A DNA stretch of 64,000 nt from Acidimicrobiales bacterium (GTDB lineage Bacteria > Actinomycetota > Acidimicrobiia > Acidimicrobiales > Aldehydirespiratoraceae). This document shows, piece by piece, positions 25,391-33,859 of this stretch; the stretch's first letter is position 1; every line of letters starts with the position of its first letter. The stretch lies in NCBI GenBank assembly GCA_965116965.1, contig OZ220743.1, positions 3,792,418-3,856,417 on the forward strand. The letters run 5' to 3'. The position numbers and the translations under genes are program-made. The notes beneath the pieces were generated by a model. That model ran no database searches. It worked only from the letters and a program-made list of their open reading frames with translations, and was not told the DNA's origin.

Positions 25391-26044
25391 ATGCTGAGAT
25401 TCGCAGAGGAGATCGTCCTGCTGATGCTGCGGGACGACGACGGCAAGTTCGAGCCGGTGCCGGTCACGTCGATGCAACATGCGCTGGCCGCGGCCGTGCT
25501 CATGGATCTGGCTCTGGAGGACCGCATCGACACCGACCCGGAGAACCTCGTCCTGATCGACTCCACGCCGGTGGGCGACAGCCTGCTCGATCCGACGCTG
25601 GAGCAGATCGCGGCCGGCGAGCAGCACGACGCCCGCCACTGGGTGGAGCAGACGGCCAGGCAGGCCGACGACATCCGCGGCCAGGCGCTGGCCCGCCTCA
25701 TCGAGCGAGGAATCCTCGAGCAGCACGATGAGCGGTTCCTGTGGGTGTTCCGGTCCCGGCGCTACCCGATAGTCGACGGCAAGGAAGAGCGAGAGGTGAA
25801 GCTGCGCATTCTGGGCGTGCTCCTCAGCGATGAGATCCCCGACCCGCGAGACATCGTGATCATCTGCCTGGCGGACGCCTGCGGCCTGCTGCGCCTACTG
25901 CTGCCGAAGCGGGAGTTGGAGAGTGTTCGCGACCGCATCGAGCAGGTCCGCAAGCTGGACCTCATAGGCCAGGCCATGGCCCAGGCGATCCGCGACGTCG
26001 AGCTGTGGCTGGCCGCCAGCCGCATAGAGGGCCGGATGTTCTAG
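25391..26044 (+). CDS. GPP34/GOLPH3-family protein
   Basis: 217 aa from ATG 25391. 'MLRFAEEIVLLMLRDDDGKF...ALAAAVLMDLALEDRI' is the typical GPP34 N-terminus. The longer upstream ORF overlaps nrdB in another frame. Confidence 0.7.
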   Translation: MLRFAEEIVLLMLRDDDGKFEPVPVTSMQHALAAAVLMDLALEDRIDTDPENLVLIDSTPVGDSLLDPTLEQIAAGEQHDARHWVEQTARQADDIRGQALARLIERGILEQHDERFLWVFRSRRYPIVDGKEEREVKLRILGVLLSDEIPDPRDIVIICLADACGLLRLLLPKRELESVRDRIEQVRKLDLIGQAMAQAIRDVELWLAASRIEGRMF

Positions 26045-26141
26045 ACCCCGGCCGCAGGTCGCAGAGTCGCCGAATCCGGCAGACTCGCTCACAGACACTC
26101 TGCCTATTGACCGGCGTTCAAAGACGGTCTCGCTGACGGAG

Positions 26142-26390
26142 TTGGGCTCCGCAGTCGTCGACCCAACAAAGCGGGACGAAGCGTTAGTCGAGGCGTTCCT
26201 GGCAGTTCCGCTGTACCGCAAGCTTTATGACAAGTTTGCAGGGACGCTGCTGCCACAAGACGCTGGGCTGGAGGCTGAGATCCAGGCCTTGGGCGTCACG
26301 CCCAAGTCCGTTGCGAGAGCTAGGCAGACACTTCAGCGATCTGCCTCTGTGGCTGGCTTTTTTCATGCGGGCCGGAACCGGCTGGTGTGA
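26142..26390 (+). CDS. hypothetical protein (upstream half of a same-frame ORF pair split by TGA)
   Basis: 82 codons with a TTG start. Same reading frame as 26409..26666, separated only by TGA (26388-90) plus 18 nt. Confidence 0.4.
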   Translation: MGSAVVDPTKRDEALVEAFLAVPLYRKLYDKFAGTLLPQDAGLEAEIQALGVTPKSVARARQTLQRSASVAGFFHAGRNRLV

Positions 26391-26408
26391 CCGGCGACTC
26401 CGCAGGAA

Positions 26409-26666
26409 ATGGAACCGCCGCCCGCGGCAGACCTGGAGCAGGAAGCGGCGACAGCCCCCGACGGGAGCGAAGCGCAATCTGCAGTTCCCGATGGCCCGAG
26501 CGATCCCCTCCTCGTTGGACTCTGGTCAAAGCTCCCCGCAGCGGGCAACTTCAGCAAGGAGGAGCAGGAGCAGTGGCTCGAACTAGCAATGCTGGCCCTG
26601 GCCATGGTCTACGGATCCACGCCAAACAGAGTCAGCACTCACGACTCAGACGTTGACCCCTTCTGA
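26409..26666 (+). CDS. hypothetical protein (downstream half of the split ORF)
   Basis: 85 codons, followed by a strong hairpin. No family recognised. Confidence 0.4.
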   Translation: MEPPPAADLEQEAATAPDGSEAQSAVPDGPSDPLLVGLWSKLPAAGNFSKEEQEQWLELAMLALAMVYGSTPNRVSTHDSDVDPF

Positions 26667-26676
26667 GTGAGAGCCA

Positions 26677-26705
26677 GGGGGTGGCGCGTATGCGGCGCCA
26701 CCCCC
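26677..26705 (+). terminator. 11-bp perfect stem / 7-nt loop hairpin after the split ORF
   Basis: gggggtggcgc-gtatgcg-gcgccaccccc, 10 nt after the stop at 26666, followed by 'tt'. Confidence 0.55.
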
Positions 26706-26778
26706 TTAGGTTCCCCGGCTTTCCCGGGGAGTCTGCCCCAAGCAGCTTCAGCGAGAGGCCTACAAGGAGCGTACGCAT

Positions 26779-27465
26779 ATGACCATACCGCTTGAACAGG
26801 CCTCTAGCACTTCCGGACGATTTCGGTACGACGGAGCAACGATAAGGGCGTTATGTGCCACCATGTCGGAGGAGCGATTCGCCACATACCTCAAGATGGC
26901 TAAGGGCGACCGCAGGCGGGCCCTGCAACTCTATGCACAGAACGCTGCTCTAGGTAGCGCATTCCATGGGCCTCTTCAGGCGCTTGAGGTCACGCTGCGC
27001 AATGCAGTACATGACGCGATGACGGTCACAGGCGGCGTGCGCTGGTTTGAGAGTCCGCAGCTTGATCAACCTCAGCAAGATGCTGTCACCAAGGCGAAGG
27101 GCAAGCTTGACAACGGAATGGCACCACACGATCCTGGCCGCATCGTGGCTGAGCTAAGCTTCGGCTTCTGGGTTGCGTTGTTTGCGCGACGGTACGACGA
27201 GTCTCTGTGGCGGACCGCACTGCATCGGTGCTTCGATCCAACGCCCCCACGACGCCCTCTACACGATCAGCTCAATCGCCTGCTGGCGCTCCGTAATCGG
27301 ATTGCGCACCATGAGCCGATCCTTCAGCGAAACCTACGCGGCTACCACGACGCAGTCCTGTGGGTCCTAGGAATGCTGTCACCAGAGATGGAGCATTGGG
27401 TGAAGCACCACAGCCGCGTTCTGGATGTCCTCGCGCAACCGGCCCATCGAATTGTCCACTTCTAA
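26779..27465 (+). CDS. Abi-like protein (Abi_2 / AbiD-AbiF family abortive-infection candidate)
   Basis: 228 aa. 'EERFATYLKMAKGDRRRALQLYAQNAALGSAFHGPLQALEVTLRNAVHDAM', 'GRIVAELSFGFWVALF' and 'LLALRNRIAHHEPI' match the conserved blocks I associate with Pfam Abi_2. Confidence 0.7.
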   Translation: MTIPLEQASSTSGRFRYDGATIRALCATMSEERFATYLKMAKGDRRRALQLYAQNAALGSAFHGPLQALEVTLRNAVHDAMTVTGGVRWFESPQLDQPQQDAVTKAKGKLDNGMAPHDPGRIVAELSFGFWVALFARRYDESLWRTALHRCFDPTPPRRPLHDQLNRLLALRNRIAHHEPILQRNLRGYHDAVLWVLGMLSPEMEHWVKHHSRVLDVLAQPAHRIVHF

Positions 27466-27468
27466 CCC

Positions 27469-28932
27469 CTATCCGGTGGTGTCGTCCGCGAGGATGAGGG
27501 TCTTGAGGTCGCTGTGGAAGTCGAGGGCGTGGTCGCCGCCCTCGCGGCCTATGCCGGACAGGCCGCATCCGCCGAAGGGGGCGGCCAGGTCTCGCACCAG
27601 GAAGGTATTGGTCCACACGATCCCGGCCCGCACCGCGGCGCCGACCCGCTCGGCCCGGTCGGCTGAGCCCGTGTAGACGATGGCCGACAGGCCGTAGCGG
27701 GTGGAGTTGGCCAACTCCACGGCCTCCGCCTCGGTCGCGAAGGCCTGGATGGTCAGGACCGGGCCGAAGACCTCGCGCTGGACGATCTCTGAGTCGTTGG
27801 AAGCCGGCTCGATCAGCGTGAGCTCGTAGTGGAGGGAGCCGGCACGGCGGCGGCCGCCCCACACCACCGTGTCGCCCGCGGCCCGGGCTCGCTCCACGAA
27901 GGCCTCGACCCTGGCCAGATGGTCGGGATGGACCATCGGCGCGATGGTGGTCGAGTCGTCGCGGCTGTCGCCCAGCACGTGGGCTTCGGTGCGGATCCGC
28001 AGTGCTTCCAGGAAGTCGTCGAGGATCGATGCCTCCACCAGTAGGCGAGTCCCGGCCAGGCACACCTGGCCTGAGTCCTCGTACTGGGCGGCGGCCTGCT
28101 CGACGGCCGCTTCGAGGTCGCAGTCAGCGAACACCATGAGCGGGCCCTTGCCTCCCAGCTCGGCTGTGAACGGCACGATGTTGGCCGCCGCGGCCGTGCC
28201 GATGTGCCGGGCCGTCTCCGGTGAGCCGGTGAAACTGATACGGCGGACCCGCGGATCCGCGGTCAAGGCCGCGCCCACCTCGGAGCCGATTCCCTGCACC
28301 AGGTTGAAGGCGCCGGGTGGCAGCCCGGCCTCCACCGTCAGGTCGGCCAGCAACGAAGCCGACAGCGGGGACCACTCGGCCGGCTTGAGCACCACGCTGT
28401 TGCCCGCTGCCAGCGCGGGGGCCACCTTCCAGGTGGCCAGCATGAACGGAGCGTTCCACGGTGTGATCACCACCGCGGGGCCGGCCGGCATCCGCTGCAC
28501 GGTGTGGGCGGTGCCCCGGGCCGGCCACCGGGGCTCGTCATGGGCCTCGGCCATGTCCGCGTAGAAGCGGAAGTTGAGCGCGCCCCTGGCCACCAACCGC
28601 TCGCGCATGGAGCGGTGCAGGAAGCCCATGTCGAGCGTCTCGACCAGGGCGATGTCGTCGTTGCGGGCTTCGATCAGGTCCCCCAGCCGGCGCAGGGCCG
28701 CGGCTCGCTCGCTCACGGGCAGCTCGCTCCAGGCGTTGAAGCCGTCCACCGCCCCGCCCACGGCCCGCTCAGCCGTGGACGCATCCCCGCGGGATACGTC
28801 CGCGAGCTTGTTGTCCCAGTCCAGCGGCGGGCGGCACTCGAACGTGCGGGGCGAAGCCACCCGCTGGCCACCGATCAGGTGATCGACGCTGACGCCGACC
28901 CCACCGACGTCGATCCGGGCCGACTCAGCCAT
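27469..28932 (-). CDS. NAD(P)-dependent aldehyde dehydrogenase
   Basis: 'VITPWNAPF', 'FTGSPETA', 'ELGGKGP' (catalytic Glu), 'SGQVCLAGTR' (catalytic Cys), 'EVFGPV'. ATG 28932. Confidence 0.9.
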   Translation of the reverse strand: MAESARIDVGGVGVSVDHLIGGQRVASPRTFECRPPLDWDNKLADVSRGDASTAERAVGGAVDGFNAWSELPVSERAAALRRLGDLIEARNDDIALVETLDMGFLHRSMRERLVARGALNFRFYADMAEAHDEPRWPARGTAHTVQRMPAGPAVVITPWNAPFMLATWKVAPALAAGNSVVLKPAEWSPLSASLLADLTVEAGLPPGAFNLVQGIGSEVGAALTADPRVRRISFTGSPETARHIGTAAAANIVPFTAELGGKGPLMVFADCDLEAAVEQAAAQYEDSGQVCLAGTRLLVEASILDDFLEALRIRTEAHVLGDSRDDSTTIAPMVHPDHLARVEAFVERARAAGDTVVWGGRRRAGSLHYELTLIEPASNDSEIVQREVFGPVLTIQAFATEAEAVELANSTRYGLSAIVYTGSADRAERVGAAVRAGIVWTNTFLVRDLAAPFGGCGLSGIGREGGDHALDFHSDLKTLILADDTTG

Positions 28933-29004
28933 CCGCCCACCCGGTTCTGTGAGCAAATATGGCGCCCAGAGCGGCTTCGTGGCGCACAAAATCTCCCGGG
29001 GCCA

Positions 29005-29910
29005 TCAGCTGTCCTCGTCGAGGGTCGACTGGTAGTGGCGGGCGCCGGGGCCGCGCGGCGCCCGCTTGCCGCGGTGCTCCCAGTCACCGCCCATGGCCGT
29101 GGACACGACTTCCTCGCTGTCGGACGGCTGGGCGCCGACGTCGGAGCGAATGGGCTCGGGGCCGGTGACGACGGTGTTGGTCAACGCGCCCAGGCCCTCC
29201 ACCTCGACGGTGACGAAGTCGCCGGGCACCACCGGGCGCGACCCGGCCGGAGTGCCCGACAGCACCAGGTCGCCCGGCACGAGAGTGATGGTGCGGGCCA
29301 GGTCGGCCACCAGGTAGTGCATGTCCCACTCCATCTCGTCTGTGCTGCCGTCCTGACGGACCTCGCCGTTGACGAGGGTGCGGATCCGCTTGTGGCGGAA
29401 GTCCCAGCCGGTCACCAGCGCCGGCCCCACCGGGCACAGCGTGTCGCTGCCCTTGACCCGCAGCATCGAACCCGCGTCGGTGTCGCGGAAGTCGTGCAGC
29501 CCGTAGTCGTTGGCCACCGTGTAGCCCGCGATGTAGTCGCCCGCATCGACCGGCGACACGTTGCGGCAGGTCCGGCCGATGACGATGCCGATCTCTCCCT
29601 CGTAGTTCATCCACCGGCACGGCTCGGGCCGCACCACGTCGGCGCCGTGGGCGCTCAGGGCGGTGATCGGCTTGTGGAAGTAGGTCGGGGCGGGCGGGAG
29701 CCTGGTCATGAACTCGGCCACCCGGCTGGCGTAGTTGAGGTGGACGCAGATGATCTTGGTCGGCTCGCAGGGCGGCAAATGCACTGCGTCGGCCACTGCC
29801 ACCCGCCGCCCGTCCCGGGCCACGAGAGCATCGCCGTCGCGCTGGACGAGCACCGGGTACCCTTCCAGCAGGATGCGTCGGTACTCGCTCACGGCCGTAT
29901 CTCCATTCAT
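29005..29910 (-). CDS. fumarylacetoacetate hydrolase (FAH) family protein (HpaG-like isomerase/decarboxylase)
   Basis: 'KIICVHLNYASRVAE', 'YEGEIGIVIGR', 'GYTVANDYGLHDF', 'LVPGDLVLSGTPAG'. ATG 29910 overlaps the upstream gene stop (ATGA). Confidence 0.9.
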   Translation of the reverse strand: MNGDTAVSEYRRILLEGYPVLVQRDGDALVARDGRRVAVADAVHLPPCEPTKIICVHLNYASRVAEFMTRLPPAPTYFHKPITALSAHGADVVRPEPCRWMNYEGEIGIVIGRTCRNVSPVDAGDYIAGYTVANDYGLHDFRDTDAGSMLRVKGSDTLCPVGPALVTGWDFRHKRIRTLVNGEVRQDGSTDEMEWDMHYLVADLARTITLVPGDLVLSGTPAGSRPVVPGDFVTVEVEGLGALTNTVVTGPEPIRSDVGAQPSDSEEVVSTAMGGDWEHRGKRAPRGPGARHYQSTLDEDS

Positions 29911-30644
29911 GGTTGCTCGGATTCTGGCGAGTCGGAGTCGCGAGCGGCTCCCACGAACGTGTCGAAGAGGTCGTCTCGCCCGAGAAGGCACGAAGCCGCA
30001 CCCTCGGCTGCTATCTCGCCGGTGCGCAGCACATAGGCACGGTCGGCCACCTCCAGCAGCCGGGTGGCGTTCTGCTCGACGACCAGCAGTGTCCGTCCCT
30101 CGGAGCGGAGACGCCCTATGAGATCGAATACGAAGTCGACCAGCACGGGCGCGAGGCCCAGTGACGGCTCGTCCATCAGCAGGACCCGCGGGTTGCTCAT
30201 CAACGCTCGGGCGATGGCCAGCTGCTGGGCCTCGCCGCCGGACAGGTAACCGGCCGCGGTCGCCCACTTGTCCTTGAGCACGGGGAACAGCCCGGCCACC
30301 TCGTCGAGCCGCTCGGCACGCTCGTCTGATGGGACGATCTTGCCGCCGATGCGGAGGTTCTCGGCGACGGTCATCTGGGCGAAGAGTCGACGATGCTCGG
30401 GGACCAGCGCCAGACCGGCCCGGAGCATCCGGTCGGGGCTGTGGCCGGTCACCGATCGGCCGTCGAGACGGACTTCGCCGGTGGAGGGGCGTAGCAGACC
30501 GGCGACCGTGCTCAGCAGGGTGGTCTTGCCCGCGCCGTTGGGACCGATGAGGCCGACGATCTCATGGGCCGCGACGGAGAGGCTCACGCGGCGCAGCGCC
30601 GAGATTGACCCGTAGCGAGTGGTCAGCCCGGACACCTCAAGCAC
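29907..30644 (-). CDS. ABC transporter ATP-binding protein, branched-chain amino acid (LivF) type
   Basis: Walker A 'GPNGAGKTT', signature 'LSGGEAQQLAIARAL', Walker B 'VLLMDEPSLGLAP'. No permease or partner ATPase gene is adjacent. Confidence 0.9.
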   Translation of the reverse strand: MLEVSGLTTRYGSISALRRVSLSVAAHEIVGLIGPNGAGKTTLLSTVAGLLRPSTGEVRLDGRSVTGHSPDRMLRAGLALVPEHRRLFAQMTVAENLRIGGKIVPSDERAERLDEVAGLFPVLKDKWATAAGYLSGGEAQQLAIARALMSNPRVLLMDEPSLGLAPVLVDFVFDLIGRLRSEGRTLLVVEQNATRLLEVADRAYVLRTGEIAAEGAASCLLGRDDLFDTFVGAARDSDSPESEQP

Positions 30645-30773
30645 TACGAAACCCTATCTGAGGCCCCTCACCCCCGACGTTGGGCCGGCTTGCCTTGCAG
30701 ATGACTGGGAGCGATCTGCCGCCTAGTCTTGCGCCGATTCCGTTTGGTAGCAAACAAAACCGGAGACGCCGAC

Positions 30774-31298
30774 GTGGAAGACCGAGCGAGCCCGCGCCTA
30801 CTCGATGCAGAGCGCCTCATTCAGGCGCGCCTCGGCGACCGTCAACTGGACTTCGACTCCATGCTGGCGGTGTCCAACATCTACCGGGCCGCGACCGCGG
30901 TGCGCCGCAGCGCCGAACGGGGCGTGCTGGCGCAGTTCGGCCTGTCCTGGGGCGGCTTCACCACCCTGTGGGTGCTGTGGGTGTGGGGCGAGATGCGGAC
31001 CTCGGACCTGGCGGAGGAGTGCGACCTGTCCAAGGCGACGCTCACCGGAGTGGTCAAGACGCTGGAGAAGCGGGGATTCGTGGAACGCAGGCAAGTCGAG
31101 TCGGACCGCCGCCGGGTGACGGTCGCGCTCACGGACGCCGGCCTGGACGCCATCGAGAGCCTCTTCCCCCGCTTCAACCGCTACGAGGGCGAGATGGTGC
31201 GCGAGCTCTCGACTGGCGAGAAGCAGGCACTGGCCGAGCTGCTACGTCGGGTGATCGTCGAGGCCGGCGGCAGTGACCGGGACCGTCCGCAGGCCTGA
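30774..31298 (+). CDS. MarR-family transcriptional regulator
   Basis: Winged-HTH core 'MRTSDLAEECDLSKATLTGVVKTLEKRGFVERRQVESDRRRVTVALT'. GGAGA lies 8 nt before GTG 30774; the longest ORF starts at TTG 30729. Confidence 0.85.
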   Translation: MEDRASPRLLDAERLIQARLGDRQLDFDSMLAVSNIYRAATAVRRSAERGVLAQFGLSWGGFTTLWVLWVWGEMRTSDLAEECDLSKATLTGVVKTLEKRGFVERRQVESDRRRVTVALTDAGLDAIESLFPRFNRYEGEMVRELSTGEKQALAELLRRVIVEAGGSDRDRPQA

Positions 31299-31300
31299 TC

Positions 31301-32080
31301 TCAGCGCTCGAGGTTGTCGAAGGGTCCGAGGGCTAGCGCTCCGCCGTCCAGCCTGAAGGACGCGCCGTTGGCGAATCGCCCCGCCGGCGCCACCAGATAG
31401 TGGACCAGCGCGGCGATCTCGTCGGGCTTGCCAGCCCGGTTCGCGATGTTGACCGACGCTCCGGCCTCGCGCAGCTCGCGGATGATCTCCGCGGCCATGG
31501 GCGTGTCGACCAATCCCGGATCGACCTGGTTGACCCGGATCCCGTCGACCCGCCACTCCTTGGCCAGCGCCACGGTGACCGCTCCAAGCCCCGCCTTGGT
31601 CGCTCCGTAGACGGCGCTGCCCGCCGAGGGCCGCACCGCGTCCACCGAGCCGATCATCACCACGGCCGAGTCGCCGCCCGCGGCCAGGTGGGGATGGGCG
31701 AACTGGCATAGTCGAAGCGGGGTCCACAGGTTGAGCCTGATCAGCCCGTCGAAGTGCTCGCGGTCGAGGTCGCTAAGCGGCAGCCAGTCGGCCCGGCCGG
31801 CGTTGTTGACGAGGATGTCGAGCCCGCCCAGTACGGCTGCCGCGGCCGGAATCACCCCGTCGACATCGGTCGGGTCGCTCAGATCGGCCACCAGCGGCCT
31901 GATGGAGCCTTCCGCAGGCACTCGACCGGACCGCGACACCGCCACGACCGACGCGCCCGCGCCAGCCAGCCGGGCGGCAATGGCCGCTCCGATCCCCGAG
32001 GACGCCCCGGTCACCACGGCTCGCTTACCGGTCAGGTCGAAAGCAGGATCAACCACGGCGCCACGATAACTGCGCCACAT
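31301..32080 (-). CDS. SDR-family oxidoreductase
   Basis: 'AVVTGASSGIGAAIA', 'NNAG', 'YGATKAGL', 'PGLVDTPM'. Confidence 0.85.
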   Translation of the reverse strand: MWRSYRGAVVDPAFDLTGKRAVVTGASSGIGAAIAARLAGAGASVVAVSRSGRVPAEGSIRPLVADLSDPTDVDGVIPAAAAVLGGLDILVNNAGRADWLPLSDLDREHFDGLIRLNLWTPLRLCQFAHPHLAAGGDSAVVMIGSVDAVRPSAGSAVYGATKAGLGAVTVALAKEWRVDGIRVNQVDPGLVDTPMAAEIIRELREAGASVNIANRAGKPDEIAALVHYLVAPAGRFANGASFRLDGGALALGPFDNLER

Positions 32081-32194
32081 CCACGCATAGGTGCCCGAGG
32101 AACCTCGGTCGGAGCCTGGGTAAGTGCTGGCCTGTCACACTTACTTGCGAACATGTGTTTGCACACAGGTATCCCCCACAAGCAGGGCGACACG

Positions 32195-33859
32195 ATGGCA
32201 GACTGCATTCAAATGACCCTGATCGACCGCGAAGCAAGTCCACGGGCCGGCGACGAGGGCGGACCGTGTAGCGAGCATGAACTTGCTCATGCTGCGTGGT
32301 CGATCGCCAGGCACGGTGGCCTTGCCGAACTCTCGGAGCCCGAGTCGGTTCTCGTCTGCGGGCTGACCATGCCCGACCGCGACCCGGGCGACGACAGACT
32401 GATCGATCTGATCCGTTCTGGTCAGGATCCACTGGGCGACACGCTCATGCGCTTGCGCTCACCTGATCAACGCAGGCCGTTCGGTGCCACGTACACACCT
32501 TCTGAGATCGTGTCCTCGATGGTCGCCTGGGTTGTCGAGCAATCAAGGCCAGACCGCGTTGTCGATCCTGGAACCGGCTCGGCGCGGTTTCTTCTGGCTG
32601 CGGGCCGCGCCCTGCCCGGTGCCCTCCTCGTCGGCGTGGAGATCGACCCGCTGGCAGCGCTGCTAGCCCGTGCCAACCTCACGGCTGTCGGACTCGACCA
32701 TCGATCGCAGATCTTGGTGCGGGACTACCGGGACGCCGACCTCGGCGAGTGCGGCGGCATCACGGCCTTCATCGGGAATCCGCCCTATGTTCGCCACCAC
32801 CAGATCGAGCCGCAATGGAAGGAGTGGCTGACTGCCAACTCTGCCTCCCTCGGACTCAAGGCCAGCGGTCTAGCCGGGATGCACGTTCACTTCATGTTGG
32901 CGACCGCCCTGCATGCCCGACCTGGCGATCTCGGCGCGTTCGTGACATCGTCGGAGTGGCTCGACGTGAACTACGGCCACCTGCCGAGGATGCTGTTCGC
33001 GACCCGACTCGGCGGAGTCTCGATCCACTTGGTCGATCCGCACACGACACCGTTCGCTGATGCGGCCGCAACAGCGGCCGTCACCTGCTTTCAGATGGGC
33101 GGACCTAGTGCGTCGATCCGCATGAAGCAGGTTCCGAGCACTTCCGACCTGGGCGCACTCGACGGAGGACAACCGTTCAGCAAGCGACAGTTGCGTTCTG
33201 CGCCGAGGTGGTCGCCCCTGCTCAACGGCTCACAGAGGCCGCCTGATGGTTACGTCGAACTGGGAGAAATCTGTCGTGTGCATCGGGGTGCAGTGACAGG
33301 TGCCAACGCCATATGGATCACCGATGCCAACGATCCTGCTCTTCCTTCAGAGGTACTCTTCCCCTCCGTCACACGCGCGGTCGAACTGTTCGGCGCAACT
33401 GACGGCGTCCTCTCGGACACGGACGGCTTACGAGCGGTGATCGACCTGCCAGCCGATCTCGACGCGCTCGACGAGGACGACCGTCACCGCATCGACCAGT
33501 TTCTGCGAGTTGCGGAGCGCAACGGGGTTCGTTCCGGCCATATCGCTCGCAACCGCAACCCGTGGTGGGCCGTGGGCCTGCGGTCTCCTGCTCCAATCCT
33601 CGCCACCTACATGGCACGTCGTCCTCCAGCGTTCGTTCGAAACCTGGCTGGCGCCCACAACATCAATGCCGTACACGGCATCTACCCCCGGGAGTCGATG
33701 TCGCCAGCGATTCTGGACACGTTGGCAGCTGCGCTGCGTGATGCAGCCCCCACAGCGATCGGACGCACCTACGCCGGTGGCCTCTTGAAATTCGAGCCAT
33801 CGGAGATGGCAAGGATCTTCGTCCCGAGTCCGACAATGCTCGAAACGATGGAAACATGA
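32195..33859 (+). CDS. N6-adenine DNA methyltransferase (gamma-class, Eco57I/TaqI-like)
   Basis: Motif order X-I-IV: 'GATYTPSEIVSSMV', 'VVDPGTGSARFLLAA', 'FIGNPPYVRHHQ', plus a C-terminal target-recognition region. ATG 32195; the upstream part of the 701-aa ORF overlaps the SDR gene antisense. Confidence 0.85.
   Translation: MADCIQMTLIDREASPRAGDEGGPCSEHELAHAAWSIARHGGLAELSEPESVLVCGLTMPDRDPGDDRLIDLIRSGQDPLGDTLMRLRSPDQRRPFGATYTPSEIVSSMVAWVVEQSRPDRVVDPGTGSARFLLAAGRALPGALLVGVEIDPLAALLARANLTAVGLDHRSQILVRDYRDADLGECGGITAFIGNPPYVRHHQIEPQWKEWLTANSASLGLKASGLAGMHVHFMLATALHARPGDLGAFVTSSEWLDVNYGHLPRMLFATRLGGVSIHLVDPHTTPFADAAATAAVTCFQMGGPSASIRMKQVPSTSDLGALDGGQPFSKRQLRSAPRWSPLLNGSQRPPDGYVELGEICRVHRGAVTGANAIWITDANDPALPSEVLFPSVTRAVELFGATDGVLSDTDGLRAVIDLPADLDALDEDDRHRIDQFLRVAERNGVRSGHIARNRNPWWAVGLRSPAPILATYMARRPPAFVRNLAGAHNINAVHGIYPRESMSPAILDTLAAALRDAAPTAIGRTYAGGLLKFEPSEMARIFVPSPTMLETMET

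Noticed and set aside
26388-26390. Selenocysteine or programmed readthrough at the in-frame TGA splitting the small ORF
   Set aside because: No SECIS-like hairpin lies immediately downstream, no Cys-containing redox context is present, and no sel genes are in view. A nonsense mutation or two separate peptides are more parsimonious.
30742-30755. MarR operator (GTTTG-GTAG-CAAAC) in the livF/marR divergent region
   Set aside because: The arms are only 5 bp, and the site falls inside the ORF if the TTG 30729 start is used. It is plausible but not supportable without comparative data.
31754-32194. N-terminal extensions of long ORFs (701-aa version of the m6A methyltransferase; likewise 5010-5444 for mttB, 55039-56025 for TauD, 29911-30267 for FAH, 46285-46749 for ACAD, 11097-11270 for the permease)
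   Set aside because: The extensions overlap neighbouring genes on the same or opposite strand and have no family-like sequence. Internal starts give normal-length proteins, often with an SD sequence or a stop-start overlap.
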